A DNA stretch of 64,000 nucleotides, taken from the human T2T-CHM13v2.0 reference genome, Homo sapiens. Shown piece after piece: positions 14,796-28,510 of this stretch. The notes beneath the pieces were generated by a model. It saw only the letters and a list, made by a program, of their open reading frames with translations, searched no databases and was not told the origin of the DNA. A program made the position numbers and the translations under genes. The stretch lies in NCBI RefSeq assembly GCF_009914755.1, contig NC_060936.1. One strand, 5' to 3'. Positions within the stretch are counted from its first letter, which is position 1, and every line of letters begins with the position of its first letter.

Positions 14796-16448
14796 CATTA
14801 AAAATAAAGATTTAAATAAATAAATGTAGCTAGTATCTCATTTTAGACAACTAAATTTAACACATGTGCTGACAAGATCCTTCATGCCTGCTTCCTAGTT
14901 TTTACATCTTACTTATGGATTCTGAGGTCTACAGTTTGCAAGAAAAGGCATAACCTCGATTAAAATAACTGATTGGAGAAAATAAATCTCAGTGCACAAT
15001 GAATGAACACAAATAAGAAGTAAAAGTGATGTTAATTCGGTAATAAATATGTGCTTTTTCATCGTAGAACGTATTTTGTCTTAACTATGCAGGAATGTAA
15101 CTTTCTCCCCACCTATTGCTCAATGTGGTTATCAGCAGGCTTTAAAGGTAGATTTTCCTGTTCCCTAAAGTAGGTACTGCTAAGACCCAACACTAGAATT
15201 ATGTATAATTCATCGAAAATGATGAAAATGTAATAAAAGTAAAATAAGGATTAAAAATGAGAATGGTGCCAGGTGGAATTCAGAACATAAAACATGTGCC
15301 ACAAAATCCTGCACACGTTAGAAACAAGCCCTGATTTTAGCTCTCAGCTTCCTAGAAGCCAAAGTAGAGACCATCAACTACTCGATTTAGTCCAAATTGA
15401 AAATTAAATTCTTGCACATGAGCAGTTCAGTTATGCCTGGAATTGGAGGGATTTTTTTTATGACTCCTAGTAAAAAGGACACATTATGATGTAATAAAAA
15501 AAATCCTCAACCCACTCCTTAAAATAAACATGGCGATAGTTTTATATAATTATTTTGTGTCATTCACCTTTTAAGCAATAAACATAAATATTTTAGTAAA
15601 TGTAATACAACAAAGATAAAAAAGGCTACAAGAGAAAATCTTGGAATAGAGATATAAATACAAACATATACACCCATATAGGCGTATGAACAGAACAAAC
15701 TGAGATGCAGATATGGCAAGATTACACCAAAGCTCCAATTTAGTACACATCAATTTCACTGTCTTTATATTTTACTGTCTTTGTATGTATGGAGCTATAT
15801 ACTTCTGAACAACAAAATGGATGGATAATTAAACAAAAACATTAGTGCCATGATTTCCTTAATATATGCCCCTTTCCCTGACATGTAATTTGTTTCCAAT
15901 TTTTACAGGAACTAATCTTATAACTGAAAGATATTTTTGTGCACATCTTTATGTTTCTATGTGTTTTAGCATAATTTGCTTTGAATGGATTACCATAATT
16001 GAAATTGAGGTTAAAGGGGTTAAGCATTTTAACTTTTTAATAAAAATAGTATACTTTTAAATATCGCAAAGTGCCTACTGGATACAAAAATGTTATAATC
16101 AACCTGAAGATCCTCAGCATATTCTGACTTTTATATACTTAGCTATGAATATGCTTGTTATGCAAATGTTTGATGTTTGTAATCTTTCCACATAGGAATA
16201 AATAGGCTATATTAATACTGTCACTAGGAAAACCATTCAGAACAGATACCTTACCAATGCCAGTCCAACATAGTTAATTCTCTATCTAAAGTAAACTGTA
16301 TTTTCCTTTAACACACACTGAAAGAACACTTATGGCACACCCTATTTTACCCAGTAAAGATTAAATGTGTAGCTTTATTTTATGTTTTTGACTGTGTTAA
16401 TAAATATTTAGAGAGAAGCAATACTAAACTGCAAAATTTCAGAAGCTT

Positions 16449-16754
<306 letters not shown>

Positions 16755-17889
16755 TAATACAGATTTATGTTTCACTCACCTAGAAATTCCATGTAGGTAT
16801 TTCTGGTTGGAGTTGAGAAGGACTTCTGTTCCATGCAGTCGTTCATGGAGTCATTGATAGAGGCACTTTCATCTATGACAGTGGCTTTCGAAGTCACCCT
16901 GGGTGTCAAAAAACAACTGGTAAGCTGATGAGAGAGACTGTGGGAAGACACAGTCTGTTTTGTCTTCTCCACAAAATGACAAATTACTTTTACCGTCGTT
17001 CAATTAGCAAGAATTAGTCTTACGGCCTCATTTAAGCCCTATTTGCACATCCTTGGGGAAACTGCTTAACCTTTATAAATTTCAGTTTTCCTATTGGTAA
17101 AATGGGGATAACAAAGTAATGAGCTCACATGGTAATTTTGAAGATTAAATACTGTATATAAAACAGTTAGTATTTGACTTATACTAAGGATTTAATCAAC
17201 AATCTCTCATCATGATCATTTTTAATATTAGAAAAGACATTCAACTAGACATATATTAGAAAACTATTTTAATTACATGTAATTACATTTAATAATTTTT
17301 AAAATAATCCCTATAAACAGGAAAAAACATACCTACCAAAAAAAATAAGTCTAGTTTCTGACCTCTCTATAGTACAAAGTATCAGAAAAAAAATGAAGAT
17401 TAAAAAAATATTATGGCCAACAATGTGATCACTAGACTAATGTATAAGACAATAAGAATACATATTTACATGTATAGATACATGGAAAATATAGTACTTA
17501 TGCTTCATTTAGAAAAACAAAAAGATACATTCTAAAAAGCTGAACTCAAGAACGAAGAAGACGTTGGCTAAAAGGGATGGTGATGACTTCTAACTTTCTG
17601 AGTTAAGTTAAAAAATTATTATAAATATCAGTAAAAATAATTTAAGATGTTAAGAATAATTATTGAAAGGTAATATGTGTGTTGTGAAATTAATGAAATT
17701 ACATGTGAAGCATGAGATTATCTAAATAAAGGAGAAATCTGAAGAAAGATAAAATGAACACTGGAGTGGCAAGCAGGGACAAGAACAGAATATTGAGTTT
17801 TTTAAGTCTGCATATGGTAGAAAGTAGGGTGGCATGATGAGAGTCAAGCTTTCAAAAACAAACAACAAACAAATAAACAAAAAAACACT

Positions 17890-18320
17890 CCGGAGGCATT
17901 TGGTGAATGGACTCAGGAAATTTAAGAATGGATCTGGGATCTGGGGAGTCCAGGTGGTTTGCTTACGGTGTTTGACATTATAGCGGAAAGAAGTGGACAC
18001 ATTAGAGAATATTTAGGCTTTGGGAATGGTAGAGCTCTGTAATGCATTGGGCAAGTGGATGGGGAAGAAAGACGGGAAGGGTGGCATAGTGTCTGGCTGT
18101 GGTACTAGGTAGTGGGTAGTGATGCTATTCAATAATACTGAGGTAGAAGACTTATAGAACAAAATTTAAGATTAGTTTGTGACAAGTTGAGTTTGAACAA
18201 CTTTGTGACACGCGAGTGGAGATATTATATAGAGAACTGAATACAAGGACCAAAGATTCAAAGGAGCTATTTGCAGTAAAAATTTTAATGCATAGTCATA
18301 TAGGTGGTATAATTGAAGCT
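17890..18320 (-). mobile_element. L2 fragment
   Basis: Degenerate L2 motifs (gaagtggacacattagagaatattt, gttgagtttga...gtggagatat). Confidence 0.5.
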
Positions 18321-18325
18321 CAAGA

Positions 18326-18535
18326 CAAAGTTTCTCAACCTTGGAACACTGACATTGTGGCCGAATAATTTTTTATTGTACAGGGTGATACTGTGTATTG
18401 CAGAATGTTTAGAGCATCCCTAGCCTCTGCTCACAGATGTCAGTAGCAACCCCTGAGTCATGATAACCAAAAATGTCTGCAGCTTTACCAAATATTCCAC
18501 AGGGGTGCAAAACCACACCTTTTTGAGAAACACTC
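18326..18535 (+). mobile_element. MER20 (hAT-Charlie)
   Basis: gtttctcaaccttggaacactgacatt...gcatccctagcctct...accaaaaatgtct...ttgagaaacact. Confidence 0.75.
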
Positions 18536-21522
18536 GTTAAATGATAGTAAGTAGGAAGAGAATGCAGAGTAATAAGAAAACCATATAACCCTACTGAGAC
18601 AAGAAACCTTAAATTTAATTTGGCTCCAATATATATGGCTCAAATAATTTTCTTTAATTGGAATAATTGTCATGGATATAAAAGTGGGTAACAAGAACAG
18701 GAACGCAACATTATTTTTCAGTACTATTTTGAGACTTTCAGTTAAAGTAGGATCCAGGGTAGACAGAGAAGTAAAGCCAAAAGAGTTAGAGATTTCCAAG
18801 TGGTTTAAGATTAAGTTTACTGGAAACAAAAGAATTTTAAAAGGTATGAAGTATTTGTAAATTCCAATTTGAAAGGGGTGGGGTGTATCTACTTATACAG
18901 GTGGTTAATCTGGCATATCCTTGAATAAGCTTAACTGAGAGACCATGTTCTTGCTGATTACATTTTCGGAAAAAGCAGAGCTGGTCTGTATCTCTACTAT
19001 ACATGTGGACATTAATCAGGCCAGAATCTTTTTCACTGGAATTTTTGCTCCTGTTACTGGCAATGAACTCTAGTGGCTTCATGGCAAGTCTTAGTATCTT
19101 TGAAGAGTGATAGACTATTAGGACTTTGTTGAACCCTGTAAGGTAACATTACTAGTTACATGCAACTATAAACATTATTAGTTACATGCTACTGTTAACA
19201 GTATTTTAAATACCTAATTTTTATTCATTGATTTGTATAAATTTAGATTACATATATTAGAAATATAATTTGCACTGTTGGTCTGATTATTTTGTTGGTA
19301 AGCAAATAATTGCTTTATTTTGTTGATAAGCAAAATAATTTATTCCCTGAAAGATACATAAATATATAATCATTTTACAAAATGAAACCTGTGGAACCTG
19401 AGGTAAAGTTAAATCACACATCATTTGCTTCCTCTTTTATTAAAGTTATTTACTTAATTTGCAAAATTTCAATTGAATGTTGTTTTCTAAAGTACTTACA
19501 TTTAAGTTTCACTTGAATATTTTGAATCTACATTGCTTTGATATTACAGTTTCTTTTATTTGCAATACTGAGTATAGCAAGTTGTGCTTTGCCTATAACT
19601 GCCAGCTCCTTTGAAAGTGAGAGTGAAAAAAATAGAAATCTCTTTTAAAACAATTTAAAGATGCCTTTTTTTTTCTTAATGACCAGAAATGTCTAAAATT
19701 CTGGTTTCTAAAATTGTGCCATTTTGAAATTTCCCTGGCGGATAGCACTGCTCTGCTGTATTACATGTGGTTAATGTTAGTCACATCCTTGATGTAACAT
19801 AACACAAGCTGGCTAAGGTAATCCAGTGTGACATATGACAGCATTGTGAGCCAGTCTGGGATATTTGAAAATATGCCATCTTTCAAAGACCATGGACAGC
19901 ATGGTTAGTCAAGATTATGAACACTGTTGCATTCATTTCAAACAACATAGTCAAGGCTCTGTAATAATTAGAGGGTAATTTCCAACATGGTCGAGTCTGA
20001 CAAATGCTAAAATGCTAACAAGAGTACTTTTTCCTTTTTTCTTGCTGCTGAGTTTATATTTGAAGCCACTAGGTTAAATTGTAAGAAAAACAACTACTAA
20101 GATGTAATTATACGTTGTTTTAGGTATGAGAATGAGTGAAAATTTATAAGACAATGCAGGGATGAGTGAACAATGTCTAGTAATTTATAAAGAGGCAACA
20201 GGTAGGCATTTGGTACCCAGTTATTTCCATTTGCCAAAAGCACTCAGGTTGAATCAAGTATGTTAGCATTAGATGAATACAATCTAGAAACATGAGCACC
20301 CAGGCGAAAATCTATATTTTCTACATGTGTTGTTGAGTTTCCCTGTAAAAGTCTTTCTGTCTTCAACCTAATTTATTGTGCAGGCTGTGGAAAATCTGAA
20401 AACCATGTTTTCTTCTAGGATTACTTCATGATCAGCTTCTTTGGTTTTAAATTTGTTGCACATTTGCTTAAGCAGAAAATACTACCACTAATAATTCCTG
20501 ATGAATAGTGATGAGTTACAGAAATGAAAATAACCTGGACACTAAATTCAATAGAGGATGGAAGAGGAAATTGAACATAATATGAACATCTTAAAATGAA
20601 AAGGTAAAACTGAACTACAAGGTAAAGAGTCAGTGGAGCTGTCTTTTTGTGAGATTTACAACTGCAAGTCATAATATGCTGTTGCCTTATTATGTTTTAA
20701 AACACCCTAATTTTATAAAAAAAACTTTTTTCTCTCTCCCTGTAAGTCAGAATCATTAAGTAATACCTGTGCTAATCTATTAATAAAATGATTTAAATAA
20801 ATATGGAAAATAATTTATTTTCTTGCAAATTAAAAAGTATATACCTCATGCACATATAAAAGGATAGGTAAATATATTTTAATATTGGTTTTCATATAAA
20901 ATTTGTTTAAAATATTACATTGAAGTTTACTGAACTGCTGAGATGACAAAGAATATAGGAAGAAAATGCTGGCATTTTTAATTTTAGGTACAATAAAAAC
21001 ATTCGTAACACTGTAATATTAATCTTCTAGTTTAGAGTAATATTTTTCTATTGTTTTCTCATTTGAACCTCAAAAGTACATTGCATATTACGAAGATAGA
21101 TTGTTTTATCTACTTAATGGAAATAAAAATTAATGTAATCCAACCTTGATCCAGTCTTTGAACTTCAAGTCTACTACCTTTCTTTCTGTGATTTTCATAA
21201 AATTAGAAGTTTGTTGAAGTGACTCAAGACATAATGAGCGACGCCAAAATTTAATGTAAAGACAAATAACTTAATGTCAAATGAAGAATGGATCTGCCAT
21301 CCTGGTGTTATGCTTTAACATGCAAAAAGTGCACACAGATATTACCGCTCAATTCTGGTTGATAATTAGATTAAAACACGGTTATAGCTAAAACTTTGTA
21401 ATATTTTATAGTTAATGCTATAGGGTGTGTTAGAGTAGAAACATAATAATACAAGAGAAATCCGTATAGAAGACCTGATACTTTTGATTGAGCAGATACA
21501 AGAAAAGTAAATATTCCCAAAG

Positions 21523-21830
21523 GGCCAGGCGTGGTGACTCATGCCTGTAAGCCCAGCACTTTGGGAGGTCGAGGCAGGCAGATCACTCGAGGTCAGGAGT
21601 TCGAGACCATTCCGGCCAATATGGTGAAACCCTGTCTGTACTAAAAAAATAAAATACATAAATAAATAAAATCAGCCAGGCGTGGTGGCACAGGCCTGTA
21701 GTCCCACCTACTCAGGAGGCTGAGGCAGGAGAATCACTTGACTCGAAAGGCGGAAGTTGCAGTGAGCTGAGATTGTACCACTGCACTCCAGCCTGGGTGA
21801 CAGAACAAGACTCCATCTCAAAAACAAATA
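21523..21830 (+). mobile_element. AluS (Sx/Sz-like)
   Basis: ggccaggcgtggtgactcatgcctgtaa...gagttcgagacc...actccatctcaaaaac, with an expanded middle A-linker. Confidence 0.93.
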
Positions 21831-21952
21831 TATACCTATAGCCAAAGTTACTGATTTTATAAAACAATATACAAAGTCCTTTAGAAAAACAAAGCAAAAG
21901 AAAACAAGCTTGCCTCTTTTGAAGAAACTCAAGGTAAAATTATATAAACTGA

Positions 21953-22242
21953 GGCCAGGTTCAGTGGCTCAGCACTTTGGGAGGCCGAGGCAGGCAGATC
22001 ACTTGAGCCTCGGGATTTGAGACCAGCCTGAGCACCATGGTGAAAACCGGTCTCTACAAAAAATACAAAAATTAGCTGGGTGTGGTGGTGTTCACCTGTA
22101 GTCCCAGCTACTCAGGAGGTTGAAGTGGGAAGATCACTTAAGCCCAGGAGGTCGAGGAGAAGTGAGCTGAGGTGATGCCACTGCACTCCAGCCTGGGTGA
22201 CAGAGTGACACCCTGTCCCAAAAACAAAAAAGAACAAAACAA
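21953..22242 (+). mobile_element. AluJ
   Basis: J diagnostics (cacttgagcc, ggtcgagg, gacaccctgtc). TSD tatataaactgagg at 21941-21954 and 22251-22264. Small deletion near the 5' end. Confidence 0.9.
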
Positions 22243-22424
22243 TATATTAATATATAAACTGAGGAAAATCAAGGTGGAAGGTGAAGCATATTTTTTTTTC
22301 TCTGTGTTGGTTTCAAGAGTGTTGTTTGAATATTTTGTGGAACTAGTTATCCATGACTCTGCAATTTCTTCTAGAGATGTTACCTCACTTAACAGAAGGG
22401 ATAGGATACTAGGAAAAAAAAGTT

Positions 22425-22620
22425 AATCTTTGTTAGATGCCTGCTATGACAACAGTTTTTCATGCATTATTGATTATCAAATAAAGCCTGTGAATGGATA
22501 TTATTATCCCATTATATATGCCAAGAACTGAGGCTTACAGAGGTTGTGACTTGTTCATGGTAATATAGCAAATAAGTGGCAGAGCAGGGATTTGTACCCA
22601 AGTATGGAGTTAAGGTTTGA
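22425..22620 (-). mobile_element. MIR SINE
   Basis: ttattatcccattatatatgccaagaactgaggcttacagagg...taagtggcagagcagggatttgtacccaag. Confidence 0.7.
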
Positions 22621-23964
22621 ATATTAAAAATAATGAAAATATGTATATTAACCTTGGAAGAAATATAAACAGATAATAAGTAAATAACAGAGAATAGAAT
22701 AGAATAGAATAGAAAAGATAAAAGAACAAAGAAGTTTTTCTGGTCTAGCATTTGTACAGGCCTACTGAGGAAAAATTGTGTGAATCAGTGGAATAATCGA
22801 TAATTCTGTTTGGTATTTAGTTGAATTATACAACTAAGGAATCTTTCAGATAATGAGTTGGCATGCATTTTGACCTCCTGAAATACTGTAAGGTAGAACA
22901 TGGCAGATGGAGCCAGACACCTGCATTCGTTTCCTTGCTGTCTAGTTTACTAACTGTGCTACTTTGTGCAACTTACTTTGTTCCTCCAATCCTTAATGCA
23001 CTCCTCTACTAAATGAGTATTAATGTTACTTACCTGTGTTCTGTTAAGGTGTTTGTGGTCAAAAACATTGCCAAAATCTGAGAGGCTTACAACATCAAAG
23101 GTCCATTTATTGCTTGGATTGCAGACCCTTTTCAGGTCAGCTAAAGTTCTGCTCCCTGTTTTCTTCCTTCTGGCAGAAGAAGCCACCCCTTCTGGGATGT
23201 GTTGGTCTTATGGCAGAGGGAGAAGAGAGATGCAGGAACCGATTATACGGTAGCTCTGAAAGGGTTTGCTTAAACGGGCCATGCATCACTCTCACTCACC
23301 TTTAAATAGGCAGGAGGAAGTCACATACCCAAGCCTCACATGGAGGAAGGTATCATCACCTCATAGGAAAAGGCAGAGGATAACTGGAAAAATACTATCA
23401 CTTACCACAACATCCACAGGATTATCGTATGATTAAATGAGATGAAAAAGTAAAGCTCCCAGCAGGGTTTTAGGCACATAATATGTTCTCTAGAAATGGT
23501 ATTTCACTTTCATTCTATGGGATCCAGAGTTAAGCTAAACAAAGACCAAGCTCATGAGGAATTACAGCCACATATAACAATTTTCCAGTGTCTGTTTTGT
23601 TTGTAACCTTTATTATAATAATTGATAGTTAAAAGAATGAAAGTCATATTTCAAAAATCACAGTAACAGAAAGATTTTAATCCTCCAATGCAATTGTCAA
23701 TAAAGAATTGACAAATTAAGACCTGATTTTTAAAAATGCATTCTTAATTTTTTAGGTGTTCTTAATTTCTTAGAAACTTTAATTGATATATATATCTCTC
23801 AATTAAATGGGCATCATTAACAAAATAATAAAGCAAAGCTTCCATTGGAAGGTAGCATGTGGGATACCCAATGAAAATAAATTTTGGTTAAGATTGAATT
23901 CCAGTAAGAAATTTATCAGGGATTTTGCAAACTTTAGGACTAGAGGAAAAATTCCCTATTGAAT

Positions 23965-24070
23965 GTTTCTGAAAAGGTCTCTTTTCTGTGTCATGTGGTC
24001 AAAGAATTTTGTATGAGTAATGAATTTGGTCTTGTAGATTTTTGGATAAATCCTTAAGAAAAAAGCCAAC
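23965..24070 (+). repeat. 106-bp local duplication, copy 1 (copy 2 at 28405-28510)
   Basis: Ungapped alignment by eye gives 7 mismatches in 106 bp at an offset of 4440. Confidence 0.95.
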
Positions 24071-27000
24071 AAGTCTTGCCCTCCCTCTGTGAGATCAAAG
24101 ACACCACTGTGTTTTTGGTATGAAAAAGGTTTCCCCATGGTTGCCAAAAATATGCTGTTTCCCCATCAGCTGTGTAGCGGCCATGAAATGATTGACGGCC
24201 CTTGCAGTTTCTCCAGGGTGGTTCAATTTCAAGTTGAAGGTAGTGCTGAATTTGAAAAGTATTTTGAGTCCCTTTTGAATAAAAATTACAACAGGACAAA
24301 AATACTTCTTCCTTTCAGCTGACAGTCAATGACATCCACTTAGTAAGGTGTTACTGTAGTACGAAGTGGCCCTTTGTGAATACGTGGGATAAATTTCCAT
24401 CTATGCAAGGCCAAAGTACTCAGTTGTGATGATTTACCTTTTTTTCCATAATAAAATTTAATAGAGAAAAAATAATTTGAGATGAAGACTGAATTCTTTA
24501 AATGCTTTCACAGAAACAAATTTTTGAAAAATTTCTTGTGAGAAAAAATATAACAATGTTATTGATACATAATTATCTTATTGTAAACTCTTTAAATAAT
24601 AAAAATCTGTTATCACATGATTTTAGAGGTACTAAAGTTTGAAACATATACTCTCTAAATATAATAAATTATCAGAGAACTCTGGCATAAAATGAATAAT
24701 GACAAAAGGGTGTTAGTCATATCCTATCAAGGAATCTCACAATATATAAACCCCACTTTGATACCACATATGTGAGAAAAATTTTGAGAATCCATGTGCT
24801 TGTAGTTTAGCATACTTTTTAAAAACTTCAATGTATCCACTACGTTACAAAATTGAAAACTTAAAAATAAATTGGTAAAAAATAAATGTTAACAAAAATT
24901 GATTAAAATTCCTCTCAGTTATTTGTGGGAGAAAGGAAGGATGTACAAATCATTAAGTCTTTCTGAAAAGAGCATGCCCTTTGAGCTGCTTAATGTATAC
25001 GAGAATGGAGAGTCCAGTTGCCTTAAAAAAAATTCCAGAAAACATCCTCTTTTAGGAACTACCTGGTTTTTACACGAGTGTTTACAACCTTGAGATTTGT
25101 AGTATTCCTTAGCTTTCCCTTGAATCTCAGGTCCAAATCAATGAAACAATGTGAAATAAAACACTTAGGCACTTTATGATCCAAATCATAAAACTAAGGA
25201 TATGAGATGTTGAATAATTAGAACTAATTGGTGACTGCAAACAGAGATCAAATTCACCAGAAAGCTGCATGACTTTTTCTTTAGTTCATAGGCACTGTTT
25301 AAGATCAGAGGTTTAAAAAAAAAGGTTGCATGTTGTGTTAATTGATTCAGGAATATGTTTTCTGCTCACTTTTGATGCTATAAAATGAAATGGAACAGTC
25401 TGGAATGCATACTGAAACAAGGGGTTACATGGGTGTGGCAGCTTCACAGCCTACACTCGTTTGTTGTTTGCCGGTAAGCATTCATTTGTTCAACTTCTGA
25501 TATTTGGGCCTTGTTCCAAGAGTATTTTTGAGAAAACGTAAAAGTTCTGTGTGAAGTGGATGAAGTACTCTTTTAACTTTTGAGTATTCATTGTCTCAAA
25601 TATTTATATATTCCATTAATTCTATTTCACCCATTTTTTTCCAAGTTACTCTTTAATGTCTCCACTTCAATTTGAATGTATCTAGTTCTAAATATTCTGC
25701 AGCTTACAGGGGACACTTATGTCTATATTCTGCAATGTCTTGTTACTTTTTAAAGTCTATTATATACAGATAATTCATTTTAATTATTTTATTAAACAAA
25801 ATAGCAAATTTTTTAAGTGAAATTTTTGAAGACATTAAAAAACCCACAGTAAATCTCAAAGTCCATTTAAGTAATTATAATGTGATTGACAAATGATGCT
25901 GCCTATAGTAATAATGTAGGTATATATGTACACATGCATCTTTTTCAAAAGTGAAAATTTGATAGACATCTTCTTTCTTCTAATTCCTGCTTTGCAAATA
26001 TCCCGGATCTGAAAACAAGCTTATACTTTATACCAGAATGATCTGAAACAGAGAAAAAAGCCATGCTCTTGGCAGAAATATGTGAAGTGAACTTAAATTG
26101 TTAGATTTTTAAAATATTTGAATGATGGTTATCTATGGTGGGTCTCTTCTGATATTTGAGCTTTTCTTATTACTGCTTGAATCATTATCAAGAAATTCAT
26201 TTTTTCAAGATTTCTCTAAATTAGGAAGCTTTATTCCCTATTTATGCACCTATTATGCACCTATTATGAAATTAAATTATTCCATTGACAACAACCAAAA
26301 TTAATAAACTAGAGGCTTTTACTGTTAACTGTGTATTTATCTTTAGACTAATGCTATTATTTGAGAGTTAGATGTTAATAAAATCTATGTAGTATTAGTG
26401 AAATAACTTATTAACAAGTTTAGAATATGCTAAGTGAAACTCAACCCGTTTTATGTTTACATTCCTAAAGCTTTGATTAAATCCTAATACATATCATCCA
26501 GCTGCACTGAATTCATCTGATGCAAACACTTGATAATTGTTCACCTTATACCCTTATCATCTATACACATTCTCTAGCACTCTCTCTTTGAAAAAATAAA
26601 CTCAAATACCAAAGTAAAAAAAAAAAATTACACAGCAGTCTGAACTCTGAATACAAAAATAGCAATCTTTGAAAATAAAAACAGAAACCTCTAAAATAAT
26701 GTTTTATTTATCACATACAAACATGTTTTCCTAAGAATTACTTCCAGTATGGGCCACCATATGGAAGTAGAAAGCCATTATAGGAATGAACTAAGATGGT
26801 TTGTATCACCTGCATAACTTGTTTTGTTCTATGCCTTCAGGGTTCAAAACCCGCTTCCCATATTTTTTTCCTTTCTTTAAAAATAATGTACATCAGTTTA
26901 ATTTATCCCAGGTCCTGACAGAAGGATCGGATTTTAAGCATTTAATGCTGTGGTTTCAAATCCAATTTCTCAGTGTTCATCGTTTCAAAAGTGGCAGAAT

Positions 27001-28059
27001 TCAGTTTTTGAAAAAGTTCAAGAACATGGGGAGGACTGGCATACTTTCTAAAGTTCCACATTGATATTAAAGGAAGCTCTGTATGGGAGAGAGCAGTTTG
27101 GTCTGAATTTTTCTATAGTGCTCCAGGAGATATTAAACCCTCCACCTTCTTCAACAAGAGCCTCTTCTTATTGGTATCAACCTAGGAATACTTTTTAAAC
27201 TCATAAAGCATATTGAATACATAATCTATTACAGGTTTTCTGAACTAGGGCCCTGACTGGTTGATATCTTTTCCTAAATGGAGGGCATCGATATATCTGC
27301 TTAAGGCTTGATTCCACTGAATGTGTTTGGAAACAACTTTCCCTGAAACTAAGGGGATTTTTATCCATTCAGAAACTAAAGCAGTAGACCCTTGCACAGT
27401 AAATTCATTGTAGGCTTTCTTTATGGGTGGTGGGGGAATCTCTAAAGGTCAGGAGTCCAGATTGCTTCAAATAAACATCCAGAATCTCAGATGCTTTTTT
27501 GAAACAAGCCCAAGTTTATCTGAACCTCTTTCTCTGGTTTGGAAATCAGGCTGAAAATGTCACAGAAACAGATTTTCTTGTGAGATCTCAGAATGTTGTG
27601 GTTTAAGTAAAGTAATAAACAAAGTTGAAAAATGAAAGGCAAAATTGGCTCAAACTCACCTGGTTTCATTCTGTTAGATGCCTAAAACTGAGTGGCACTG
27701 TGCAATCTTTAAAACAGAAAAAATAAAAACAAAACAAAAACAGAGTTTGGCTGTGGGTTAGCCTAAAATCATCAAACATTTCTCCTGAGGAGGTTTAAGA
27801 GAAACTTTTGCCACTCCATCATGCGCTGTCCTTATGTTGCAATGTTTCATTTATCCCCCTCTCCATCTTCAATTTGAGAGATTTCAGAACTGGTCTTCCG
27901 TTTTTAAACTGTCAATAAGGAATAACTCTTTGACCTTTTGAAGTGGAATACGTTCCTTTTTATTTATGGGTGTGATTGCCTTGAAATGCATATTTTAGTA
28001 TTTATGTGGTATATATATAAAACAATAAAAAATAAAGTAGAATTTTTTCGAATAGCTAT

Positions 28060-28290
28060 TATTGAATACCAGGGATGAGTTAAAACTTCTCCACATATCA
28101 TATTATTTAATCCTCACAGCAAAACCATTAAGCAGGTATTTTTTATCTCCATTTAATAAATGATATAAAAACAGTTTATGAAGATACAGTAACATTCTTA
28201 ATTGTACAGCTGTGATACTTATAGCAAGTAAGTAGAGGCAGGATTGAAGCTGAGGATGGCTGACTTCAAAGACCGTACATTTTACTACTA
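28060..28290 (-). mobile_element. MIR SINE
   Basis: tatttaatcctcacagcaaaaccatt...ttatctccatttaataaatga...gtaagtagaggcaggattgaagc. Confidence 0.65.
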
Positions 28291-28404
28291 ATTTATGTAG
28301 TTTCCCAAGAGCTGTTTTTAAAATCCATTTAATATGTCTAATAGCTTTAGCCCTACCTATTACAAATAATGGGTTACATATCTAACACACTAGCTGAAAA
28401 GTTC

Positions 28405-28510
28405 GTTTCTGAAAAAGTCTCTTTTCTGTGTCATGTGGTCAAAGAGTTTTATATGAGTAATGGATATGGTCTTGTAGACTTTTGGATAAATCCTTAAGGA
28501 AAAAGCCAAC
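28405..28510 (+). repeat. 106-bp local duplication, copy 2
   Basis: gtttctgaaaaagtctcttttctgtgtcatgtggtc...aaaagccaac matches 23965-24070. Confidence 0.95.

Noticed and set aside
25351-25473. Plus-strand exon ending CCG|GTAAGC
   Set aside because: Good donor but poor acceptor tract, with stops in all frames. Not enough support.
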